Shown: positions 28,996-36,828 of the stretch, piece after piece | Layout of the letters: every line of letters begins with the position of its first letter | Numbering within the stretch: the first letter of the stretch is position 1 | Origin: Candidatus Babeliales bacterium | GTDB taxonomy: Bacteria > Babelota > Babeliae > Babelales > Vermiphilaceae | Length of the DNA stretch: 64,000 bases | NCBI GenBank assembly: GCA_963743635.1 | Contig: CAVUQO010000003.1 | Span: 256,001 to 320,000 of the forward strand | Reading direction: 5' to 3' | Notes under the pieces: generated by a model | What the model was told of the DNA's origin: nothing | Database searches by the model: none | The model's input: only the letters and a program-made list of their open reading frames with translations | Made by a program: the position numbers and the translations under genes

Positions 28996-30015
28996 TTATT
29001 TCCCACCAAAAAATGATGCGAACCATTGCGTCAAGGTAGCGGGTGCAGGCTCAATTGGCTTAGGTAATAGTGGGCCATTTCTCATAAGATTCGGCGTATT
29101 TTTGGTTGTGCCTGGGGCGACATCTTTGCGACATTGGTTGAGTGCATTTTTCGTGAAAATATAACGTTCTTGTAAAGTGGGATTGGTTTTTCCAGATGGT
29201 CTAAAATCTGCTATTTCTTCAATTGTTTTGCCTTCTTTATCTAACTTTTCCATCATCCAAACGTTATCATCTTGAAACTCTTCTAAAGCTTTACAGTATC
29301 CGCAATTGGCCATAGTCATGACTCCGCCTACATCGGCAGCAAGTTCTATTTTGCGCCGTTGCGCGAGAGCTTCTTGGTCAGACTGTGGCTCTAGAGCATC
29401 TATGGTATCATCTATTTTTTTAATACCTTCGATGGTTGCAAATTTAGTGGCGAATCCAGCGATTAATAATGAAAGAGGAGCAAACTGACGTTTTGTGCGA
29501 GAAAGGATAGATAAAAAAGCGCTGCCCAATGCAATATTTCCAAAAATATTAAGACTATCTTGCAGTGAAGCCAAACTCCATTGCGTGCGATGATCTTCAT
29601 TCTTTATATGGGTAAGTTCATGGGCAATGGTTTGAGTATTATCATGAGTTCGGTTGCGCTTGGTTTCTCTGGCTAAAGCTTCTTCATTCAGACGCAAGCG
29701 CGAATAGAAAGCATAGTTAGTGGCTGATGCGAGCACTCGAGGGGGCATGGCTTCATGTTTAACAATGATAGGAGTTTGAATGCCCATGACCTTTTTCATC
29801 TTAAAAATTTCATCGACGTATTCGGAACTAGGCCGCTTATCTTTGGGTTGGATGTGTTGGGTGTAGAATTTATCTGGCTGTAGGAGTTCTTTAAAAGTCC
29901 AGGTTTGCTTTGCAGCATCAAAATTGAAGCTGTATCCAGCCATTGCATGAATGTTTGGTGCGGCGAGCATTACGCTGGCAGCGATGAGTGATATAAATTT
30001 TTGTACCCTAAACAT
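28996..30015 (-). CDS. Secreted HExxH metalloprotease, array member 3
   Basis: AHELTH, ELAAD, NPTLQER; conserved leader and tail. Confidence 0.78.
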   Translation of the reverse strand: MFRVQKFISLIAASVMLAAPNIHAMAGYSFNFDAAKQTWTFKELLQPDKFYTQHIQPKDKRPSSEYVDEIFKMKKVMGIQTPIIVKHEAMPPRVLASATNYAFYSRLRLNEEALARETKRNRTHDNTQTIAHELTHIKNEDHRTQWSLASLQDSLNIFGNIALGSAFLSILSRTKRQFAPLSLLIAGFATKFATIEGIKKIDDTIDALEPQSDQEALAQRRKIELAADVGGVMTMANCGYCKALEEFQDDNVWMMEKLDKEGKTIEEIADFRPSGKTNPTLQERYIFTKNALNQCRKDVAPGTTKNTPNLMRNGPLLPKPIEPAPATLTQWFASFFGGK

Positions 30016-30017
30016 GA

Positions 30018-30953
30018 TTATTTTCCCCCACCAAAGAATGATGAGAACCATTGAGTCCATGTAACTACTGGTGTGCCATTTCTCATAAGATTGGGCGTAT
30101 CGGGACGCTCTGCAGGGTTGATGCCTTTACACGCTATGTATGCTTTTTCAGCCATAGCTATATATTCGCCAAGGGTAGGATACATATTTCCTTTTATTCG
30201 CGTAGATTTTGGGCATTCAAGTTGTAGCTGTTTGTAATGTAAAAACTCTTCTTCAAGAGCCTTGCAATATCCTAATTTCGAAAGCTTTTCAACAGCACCT
30301 TCTTCTGCTTCAGTTTCCCATTGCGATCTTATGGATGTGTATTTGGCATACGCGGCACCAATCACTAATGTAAGCGCAAGACCTGCTGCCCCCAAGGCTG
30401 CGGATTTTTTGATCTTTCCGAAACCATTTTTCAAATCAGCGGGTGCTACGCGCGGCATGCCTGCTGGTATCCATTTTGAGAATGATGCCATGCACCATAT
30501 TTCAACTGCTGGTATTACCCCTAATGGTGCAGTGTTGATCACTCCTCCATGATTACGCTCCACATGCGTTAATTCATGAGCGATAGTATGTGTGTTAAAA
30601 TTGCCGTAACGGTCATTCATGTCCTCTTCATTAAGTTGTAATATGGCAAATCGTAAAGGGCCAACGCCATAATTGCGTGTGGCGCCTACAAATGGAGCAT
30701 TGGGGCTACTTTTAACGCAAATAATAGGAGTAGTAATTCCCGTTTTTTCTTTCATGTATTTGATTTCATCGCGGTATTCTTGAGATAAGCGCAATTTCTG
30801 CGGTAACATGCTCGAAATACATTCGTCGAATGGTACAGATTCTGTTTTTGGCTTGCCAAAATAAAAGTTGTACCCAGCCATTGCATGAATATTTGGTGCG
30901 GCGAGTATAATGCTGGCAGCGATGAGTGATATAAATTTTTGTACCCTAAACAT
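30018..30953 (-). CDS. Secreted HExxH metalloprotease, array member 2
   Basis: AHELTH, ETEAE; conserved leader and tail. Confidence 0.78.
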   Translation of the reverse strand: MFRVQKFISLIAASIILAAPNIHAMAGYNFYFGKPKTESVPFDECISSMLPQKLRLSQEYRDEIKYMKEKTGITTPIICVKSSPNAPFVGATRNYGVGPLRFAILQLNEEDMNDRYGNFNTHTIAHELTHVERNHGGVINTAPLGVIPAVEIWCMASFSKWIPAGMPRVAPADLKNGFGKIKKSAALGAAGLALTLVIGAAYAKYTSIRSQWETEAEEGAVEKLSKLGYCKALEEEFLHYKQLQLECPKSTRIKGNMYPTLGEYIAMAEKAYIACKGINPAERPDTPNLMRNGTPVVTWTQWFSSFFGGGK

Positions 30954-30955
30954 GA

Positions 30956-31993
30956 TTATTTTCCCCCACCAAAGAATGATGCGAACCATTGCGTCCATGT
31001 AACTACTGGTGTGCCATTTCTCATAAGTTTGGGCGTATCGGGACGTTCTGCAGGGTTGATGCCTTTACATGCTTTGCATGCTTTTTCAGTCATAGAGATA
31101 TATTCGCCAAGAGTTGGGTATATATTTCCATTAATTCGCGTAGAATTTGGATGTGTGGATAGCACTTTTTTGTAGATTTGAAATTCTTGTTCAAGAGCCT
31201 TGCAATATCCTAATTTCGAAAGCTTTTCAACAGCACCTTCTTCTGCTTCTGTTTCATATTGTACGTATCTGGATGTCTGTTTGGCATATTCAGTATCAAT
31301 CGCTAAGGATACGATGGTGCCTGTTGTGAGCGCAAGCCCCCCCAAGGCAGCTGGTTTTTTGAGCTTTTGGAATGATAATGCTAATCCAGCGAGTCCTAAT
31401 AGTGCAGCGCTTTGCACTACTGCATGATTAGGCCCTGCATTATAACGCTCTGTATATTCATACGCTAAGGCTCCGATGGTGCCCGTTGTGAGTGCAAGCC
31501 CCCCCAAGGCAGCTGGTTTTTTGAGCTTTCGGAATGATAGTGCTAATCCAGCGAGTCCTAATAGTGCAGTGTTTAGTGCAGCGTTTTGTGCTCCCACATG
31601 ATTACGCTCTACATGCGTTAATTCATGAGCGATGGTATGTGTGCTGAAAGCCGGATGGATGCTATTCATGTCCTCTTCATTAAGTTGTAATATGGCAAAT
31701 CGTAAAGGGCCAACGCCATAATTGCGTGTGGCGCCCGTAAGTCGATCGGAGCTGATTTTAGCGCAGATAGTAGGAGTAGTAATTCCCGCTTTTTCTTTCA
31801 TGTATTTGATTTCATCGCGGTATTCTTGAGATAAGCGCAATTCCTGTGGTAACATGCTCGAAATACATTCGTCGAGTGGTACAGATTCTGTTTTTGGTTT
31901 GCCAAAATAAAAGTTGTACCCAGCCATTGCATGAATATTTGGTGCGGCGAGCATTATGCTGGTAGCGATGAGTGATATAAATTTTTTGTTCAT
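30956..31993 (-). CDS. Secreted HExxH metalloprotease, array member 1 (internal duplication)
   Basis: AHELTH; ALLGLAGLALSF.KLKKPAALGGLALTTGTI present twice. Confidence 0.78.
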   Translation of the reverse strand: MNKKFISLIATSIMLAAPNIHAMAGYNFYFGKPKTESVPLDECISSMLPQELRLSQEYRDEIKYMKEKAGITTPTICAKISSDRLTGATRNYGVGPLRFAILQLNEEDMNSIHPAFSTHTIAHELTHVERNHVGAQNAALNTALLGLAGLALSFRKLKKPAALGGLALTTGTIGALAYEYTERYNAGPNHAVVQSAALLGLAGLALSFQKLKKPAALGGLALTTGTIVSLAIDTEYAKQTSRYVQYETEAEEGAVEKLSKLGYCKALEQEFQIYKKVLSTHPNSTRINGNIYPTLGEYISMTEKACKACKGINPAERPDTPKLMRNGTPVVTWTQWFASFFGGGK

Positions 31994-32064
31994 GATTTCC
32001 CCCTAATTTGGTCTTTGGACCCAGGTTCCAATAATTATCCCATAGTATATTTTCTATACTATCA

Positions 32065-32092
32065 ATTCTAGCAAGTTGTGACAGATAGTCAA
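32065..32092 (-). promoter_or_regulatory. Sigma70-type promoter for the metalloprotease array
   Basis: Minus strand TTGACT-16 nt-TAGAAT, about 70 bp upstream of 31993. Confidence 0.6.
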
Positions 32093-32111
32093 ATGGGCAG
32101 TGAGGAGGGAG

Positions 32112-32290
32112 GGATTATAACCTGATCAAATCGCGAACGAACTGTGGGGCGTTAAAGCCCTTCAGGGCCTCGATTTTCTCACCAACCCATTCGAGACATT
32201 TTTCATTCGTCCTTCGTCAAGCTCAGGACTATGAAAAACCCTCAGGGCAATCGGTGAAATGGTAGGCGACGGGGATACCCAGTTCTTGGG
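32112..32290 (-). pseudogene. Diverged duplicate of the ftsY 3' end, interrupted by a palindromic element
   Basis: Matches 32351-32460; reads QELGIPVAY...GEKIEALKGFNAPQFVRDLIRL* once 32186-32254 is removed. Confidence 0.88.
32186..32254. repeat. Family I element (69 bp) with a nested inner repeat
   Basis: CCCATTCGAGACATTTTTCATTCGT-CCTTCGTCAAGCTCAGGA-CTATGAAAAACCCTCAGGGCAATCGG; outer part resembles 33567-33626 and 4994-5051. Confidence 0.85.
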
Positions 32291-32353
32291 GTCGGGTGAC
32301 TTTCAGTTGCCGACAAAGTGTCGACGGTTGAAATCCTGACGGGTTTTTTGGGA

Positions 32354-33244
32354 TTATAACCTGATTAAATCGCGAACGAATTCTGGGGCGTTGAATGCCT
32401 TTAAGGCCTCGATTTTCTCACCAAATGAGAGGTAGGCAACGGGGATGCCCAGTTCTTGGGTGATGGCGAAGATAATGCCGCCCTTACCGGTTCCGTCGAT
32501 CTTGGTCAGCACGATGCCATCAAGCTGGGTGCTTTCATGGAAAAGGCGCGCCTGCTCGAAGGAGTTTTGCCCGAGCATAGCATCAATGGTCAGGAGGGTG
32601 TTAGTCGGCGCGTCAGGGAGTTGTTTCCCGATCACGCGTTTAATTTTTTCGAGCTCTTTCATGAGATTCACTTTGGTTTGCAGGCGTCCGGCAGTATCGA
32701 TGATGAGAATATCGTAGGCGCCATTTTTGAATTTCTCGCATCCCTGGAACACGACTGCAGCAGGGTCTTGATTCCCCTGGCCGGTGACGATATCAGCATC
32801 GGTGCGTTGAGCCCATTGAGCCAGCTGTTCGGTGGCGGCGGCGCGGAAAGTATCGGCAGCAACGAGCAGCACGCGTTTGCCTGCAGCGCGATAGTGATGA
32901 GCAAGTTTACCGGCGAAGGTTGTTTTGCCACTGCCATTGATCCCAACCAGCAAATAGATGGTTGTTTCTTGAATTGGTTTTTGCTGAGAAAGGAGGGTAA
33001 GCAGCTCTTGCTCAAGCGCTGCCTGCAGATCGCTTCCTTTGGCAATTTCGCCAGTGCGTACTTTTTCTTGAAGTATCGCTAGAATTTTTTTGGTAGTTTT
33101 AACGCCAGTATCGGCCTGAATGAGGATTTGTTCAAGTTCATTGAGCGTTTCTTGGTCGATTGATTCGCGGCTGAAGAGCGAATGCACTTTGGTGGTGACC
33201 GAGGTATAGATTTTACTGAGGGTATCTTTGATGAATGAAAACAT
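32354..33244 (-). CDS. ftsY: Signal recognition particle receptor FtsY
   Basis: GINGSGKTT, ADTFRAAA, DTAGRLQ and TKIDGTGKGG motifs. Confidence 0.97.
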   Translation of the reverse strand: MFSFIKDTLSKIYTSVTTKVHSLFSRESIDQETLNELEQILIQADTGVKTTKKILAILQEKVRTGEIAKGSDLQAALEQELLTLLSQQKPIQETTIYLLVGINGSGKTTFAGKLAHHYRAAGKRVLLVAADTFRAAATEQLAQWAQRTDADIVTGQGNQDPAAVVFQGCEKFKNGAYDILIIDTAGRLQTKVNLMKELEKIKRVIGKQLPDAPTNTLLTIDAMLGQNSFEQARLFHESTQLDGIVLTKIDGTGKGGIIFAITQELGIPVAYLSFGEKIEALKAFNAPEFVRDLIRL

Positions 33245-33255
33245 GGGGGACCTTT

Positions 33256-33552
33256 TTAACGATTAAAATTTACTTTTTTTGATAACACTTTGAGCGATTC
33301 GAAGTCGCCGTTTATGAGGGCAAATTTCTTTTTTCGGGACCATTTCTTTATTTGCCTTTCTCCTGCTAAAGCTTCGTCTCGAGTTGCTGTGGAATGGGCG
33401 AATACTAACTTAGCTGGTAATCGCGATGCTGTATAACAATTTGGGTATAACCGCTGTTCATGCGCAGATACTCGTGCTTCTAGGTTATCCGTATGTCCTA
33501 CGTAAAAAGAGCCATCGTTACAGAGAAGTATGTATATAAAGAAGTCTTGCAT
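33256..33552 (-). CDS. Stand-alone GIY-YIG endonuclease (UPF0213-like)
   Basis: IYILLCNDGSFYVGHTDNLEAR...H; E.QIKKWSR.KK.ALI. Start at MQDFF. Confidence 0.9.
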   Translation of the reverse strand: MQDFFIYILLCNDGSFYVGHTDNLEARVSAHEQRLYPNCYTASRLPAKLVFAHSTATRDEALAGERQIKKWSRKKKFALINGDFESLKVLSKKVNFNR

Positions 33553-33566
33553 ATTGTTATTCCCTA

Positions 33567-33869
33567 CCATTCGATACATTTTTCATGTGCTCTTGCGAGC
33601 AATGAAAAACCCTCATGGCGAACGGGAAATTAAAAGTTGATGTAATGGTCTAGAGATTAAGGTGAATATTATCATATTTGTGGATTAATTAAATAAAAAA
33701 ATAAAAACGGCTTCCCTCTCCGTTCGTCCAGATCCCTCGATATATTTTCATTCATGCAGATATGTAATGAAAATACTCGGGATGCGGGGAAAAACATCTT
33801 CTCCGTTCGTCCAGAGTGTTCTGAGTCATGTGTAAACATGGCGAAGAATGTATCGAGGGATGGACGGAG
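33567..33869. repeat. Four-arm nested cluster of family I repeats upstream of the GIY-YIG gene
   Basis: Arms at 33567-33626, 33720-33732, 33732-33789 and 33803-33861; the reverse complement of the last arm resembles 498-557. Confidence 0.85.
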
Positions 33870-33886
33870 TAAAATGACTAGTGATT

Positions 33887-34510
33887 TTAGCTAATCCCAC
33901 TCACCAACGGCGCCGCACGCTGCAGGAACAATTTGAGCCGGCGGTAGTCATTGCCCGTGAGTAACGAGAAGGTCTCGATGAATTTTGAAAGGCGTTCTTT
34001 GGTTAAAATGCCAAGTTCCACTTGATGTTTTAAGGTGGCGAGTAATAGTTCGTCCAGGTTGAGCAGTTGGTTGCTCATGCCAAAAAGCAGATGGAGATAG
34101 GTGTCGGAATCGAAAAACTGGGTGCAAAGCGTTTTGGATGCAGGCGTTACGAACGCATGAATTTTGCTTGGTTCAGGCGTGAGTAGATAAAAGATTTTGC
34201 CGTTTTGCTTGTATCCGATGGTCAGGCAGGAAAAGGTAGTCTTTAAAAATTCAAAGATCTGTGGTTGTTCAAGCAGGAGTTCTTCTTCTGTTTTTTGATA
34301 GGGGAAGGGATAGCGCATGGAATCCATGGAGCCGGTTTTGACCTCGTGGACGATTCCAAATACGACGCGTTCTTTCGTTTCGATGGTGACAATGGAGCCA
34401 AAGGAGGGAAATTGGTCCCATTTCCAGCTTTGAGCAAGAAAACTATGCAGGGAACTTTCGATGACTTCAGCGAATGCTTTGCTGGTTTGACTGGTCTGAT
34501 TCGATATCAT
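33887..34510 (-). CDS. HAS-barrel domain protein
   Basis: AEVIESS, FPSFGSIV, GIV..VKTGSMD..R.P and EEEL..EQPQIFEFL motifs. Confidence 0.7.
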   Translation of the reverse strand: MISNQTSQTSKAFAEVIESSLHSFLAQSWKWDQFPSFGSIVTIETKERVVFGIVHEVKTGSMDSMRYPFPYQKTEEELLLEQPQIFEFLKTTFSCLTIGYKQNGKIFYLLTPEPSKIHAFVTPASKTLCTQFFDSDTYLHLLFGMSNQLLNLDELLLATLKHQVELGILTKERLSKFIETFSLLTGNDYRRLKLFLQRAAPLVSGIS

Positions 34511-35261
34511 GAGCACTTTCGGTCCTACTTCGCCAAGGCTTCGAAGGACAGGCAATTATACTTTGTTGATTTGAATGATCTGATTCAGGGTGATCCATGT
34601 CGGCTAGGTAACTTTGTCGATGAATAATCGAAGATTGATATTTTTGGAGCGCATCGCGATGGATTTTGGTGCCGTACCCTTTGTGTTGGCCAAATGAATA
34701 TCCAGGGAATACCGGATCAAAATTACTCATAATCGCATCGCGCGTTACTTTGGCCAGAATCGACGCGGCAGCGATTGAGGTTGAGAGCGTCTCTCCTTTG
34801 GGAAAATGATAGACCGGAATATCGCGGTATGAGGTATCCAGGAGGTTAAGCGGCATGGCGTCGACGAGTATAGCTTGCGGCAAATGGGGCGAAGTTGCCA
34901 ATAGCTGAACGAGAGATCGTTTCATCGCAACTAACGTCGCCTGCCAAATATTTCGTTCGTCTATGAGGCGATTATTCACAATTCCGATTCCGTACCAGCA
35001 ATGCTTGGTGATCCAGCGCGCAGCCTTTTCCCGTTCTTCGGGGGATAAAATTTTGGAATCCTTCAAGAGTGGCATGTGCTTATTGACAGGGATGATCACT
35101 GCAGCGGTCACCAGAGGGCCTGCCAAACATCCCCGGCCGACTTCGTCGATGCCGCAGACCAGGCGCCCTTCAAGCCAGGCAGCTTTTTCGAATATATTTT
35201 TGCGCAGCTTAGGAGTCCCTGCTGGCACAAATAGCCGTTTACTCATGGGAAAGTTTTCCAT
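34467..35261 (-). CDS. rnhB: Ribonuclease HII
   Basis: GIDEVGRGCLAGP, DSK, IAAASILAKVTRD and HKGYGT motifs. Start may be 35246. Confidence 0.96.
   Translation of the reverse strand: MENFPMSKRLFVPAGTPKLRKNIFEKAAWLEGRLVCGIDEVGRGCLAGPLVTAAVIIPVNKHMPLLKDSKILSPEEREKAARWITKHCWYGIGIVNNRLIDERNIWQATLVAMKRSLVQLLATSPHLPQAILVDAMPLNLLDTSYRDIPVYHFPKGETLSTSIAAASILAKVTRDAIMSNFDPVFPGYSFGQHKGYGTKIHRDALQKYQSSIIHRQSYLADMDHPESDHSNQQSIIACPSKPWRSRTESAHDIESDQSNQQSIR
34524..34553. repeat. Family II palindromic repeat in frame in the rnhB tail
   Basis: Minus strand GCCTGTCCTTCGAAGCCTTGGCGAAGTAGG encodes ACPSKPWRSR. Confidence 0.75.
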
Positions 35262-35289
35262 TTGACAAGTTATTTATTACGAGTACAAT
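35262..35289 (+). promoter_or_regulatory. Sigma70-type promoter for the XRE regulator
   Basis: TTGACA-16 nt-TACAAT; SD AGGAGG near 35333. Confidence 0.65.
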
Positions 35290-35346
35290 TAGTAATAAGT
35301 CAGTAGTGTTAACCATATTTTTACATAATAGCAGGAGGAAGGCAAT

Positions 35347-36024
35347 ATGTCATCTCCATCAACAGCCCTCAGAGTAAAGGAATTGCTCAGAGAAAAAGGC
35401 TGGACCACAAAAATTCTTGCTGAAAAGACGGGCATGTCGGAGAGTTATCTTACGCACATTAAAAATGGAACTCGTCGTTGGAACGAAGATTCATTGCGTA
35501 AGCTTGCGAACGCGTTCGAAATAAGTCCTATCGATTTATTTGCACAGCGCCGCCAGCGCACTGATAATATTGACAGTAATGTAAGTATGCCTGAAAAATC
35601 AGATGTTGAATTAAAGGTACAAATTGTACCCGTTGTAGGTGAGATTCCTTCGAATCCATCACCATACAACAACCAATTAATGCAAATTACGACCGGCTAC
35701 AAAGATGTCTTTGTACCTGCGTTGAATTCCAGCGATAACTCTATGTTTGGGTTAAGCATTGAGAACAATCTCATGGCTCCAACCTTTGTAAAGGGTGATT
35801 GCTTGATCGTTTCTCCAGAAATTTGGACTCGCTCAGGTGATATCGCAGCAGTAGAGTATGGCAACGATACGCCGCTTAAGGCGATCATGCAGGTTACCTA
35901 CACTGAAGATTTTATTGTTCTTGAATCAGTGAATCATAAACAACCACCGGTTGCCTTGGTTCGTGGTAAAGATCACTTTAGAATCATCGGTCGCGTGATT
36001 CAGCGTATGCAAAAATTCGCGTAA
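35347..36024 (+). CDS. XRE-family HTH regulator with a degenerate S24 (LexA/CI-like) domain
   Basis: N-terminal HTH_3; VPVVGEI, M.P.F..GD.LIV and IIGRVI in the C-terminal domain. Confidence 0.85.
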   Translation: MSSPSTALRVKELLREKGWTTKILAEKTGMSESYLTHIKNGTRRWNEDSLRKLANAFEISPIDLFAQRRQRTDNIDSNVSMPEKSDVELKVQIVPVVGEIPSNPSPYNNQLMQITTGYKDVFVPALNSSDNSMFGLSIENNLMAPTFVKGDCLIVSPEIWTRSGDIAAVEYGNDTPLKAIMQVTYTEDFIVLESVNHKQPPVALVRGKDHFRIIGRVIQRMQKFA

Positions 36025-36029
36025 ACACT

Positions 36030-36061
36030 TCCGTCTTTGCCTTCGGCTTCGTCGGACAAGC
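36030..36061. repeat. Family II palindromic repeat
   Basis: Reverse complement GCTTGTCCGACGAAGCCGAAGGCAAAGACGGA resembles 18131-18161. Confidence 0.75.
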
Positions 36062-36219
36062 GCGTAAAAACAGTGTGAAGCACGAAAATAGCAGAAATGG
36101 TAGATTTTTCTATTGTTTCTGCTATTTTTATTGTTAATACATTCGTATTAGATAAAGTGTTTGTATAACTTTATAGCACCTACAGGGTGTTTCCGTATAA
36201 TACTAAGGAGTCCTTTTAT

Positions 36220-36825
36220 ATGATCCGTTATGAGATCTTGATGCTTACCGTCCCTCAAATCACTGAGGATGAAGCTAAGCGTCTACAAACAGAACTTGAA
36301 TCGCCAGTTAAGGCTGATAAGGGTTCAGTAATATCGTTCGAGCGCTGGGGTAAATACCGTCTTGCGTATCCAATTGCAAAAAATGATTATGGCGTTTATT
36401 TCTTAATTCGTTTCGAATTGCCAAAAACAAGCACGGCTGCGATTGACGAAATCAAACGAGCGTTCAAAGTAAGACTCAATGAAATTGTTATTCGTGATAT
36501 GATTGTTGCGCTTGATGCGGATAAATCATTGGAATATCAACGTCCATTGTCTCTTGAAGAAACACCTGAACGTGAAGTTGGCTCTTTCATGAAAGAAAAG
36601 GGCGCAGGATTCTCAAGAGGTGATCGTGGTGATCGCGGTGACAGAGGTGATCGTGGAGATCGTCCAGATCGCGGTGATCGTGAAGCCCGTGGTGGCGATC
36701 GAGGTGGGTTCCGTAGAGGACCGCGTCCCGATAGACCAGCTGGCGACAGACCATCGTATGGTCCACGCTCATACAGCTCTAGTGCATCAACATCAGTAGA
36801 CAAAGATACTAAGGACGAGGCTTAA
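36220..36825 (+). CDS. rpsF: 30S ribosomal protein S6 with a GDR-repeat C-terminal extension
   Basis: MIRYEI and WGKYRLAYPI motifs; SD AAGGAG; upstream of rpsR. Confidence 0.92.
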   Translation: MIRYEILMLTVPQITEDEAKRLQTELESPVKADKGSVISFERWGKYRLAYPIAKNDYGVYFLIRFELPKTSTAAIDEIKRAFKVRLNEIVIRDMIVALDADKSLEYQRPLSLEETPEREVGSFMKEKGAGFSRGDRGDRGDRGDRGDRPDRGDREARGGDRGGFRRGPRPDRPAGDRPSYGPRSYSSSASTSVDKDTKDEA

Positions 36826-36828
36826 ACC

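Noticed and set aside
30954..30998. Extended N-termini (MDAMVRIILWWGKII and similar) in the ORF track for array genes
   Set aside because: They overlap the previous gene's tail; the downstream ATG has the SD and begins the signal peptide.
27035..31993. Array as an integron, shufflon or diversity-generating retroelement
   Set aside because: No integrase, invertase or reverse transcriptase in the window, no attC-like hairpins at junctions, and variation is not confined to adenines.
32456..33082. 208-aa plus-strand ORF opposite ftsY and other long antisense ORFs
   Set aside because: Shadow frames of well-supported genes.
33567..33869. Possible CRISPR array
   Set aside because: Units are inverted, nested and irregularly spaced rather than regular direct repeats; no cas genes seen.
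35347..36024. Prophage repressor marking a prophage
   Set aside because: Flanked by rnhB and rpsF, with no phage genes.
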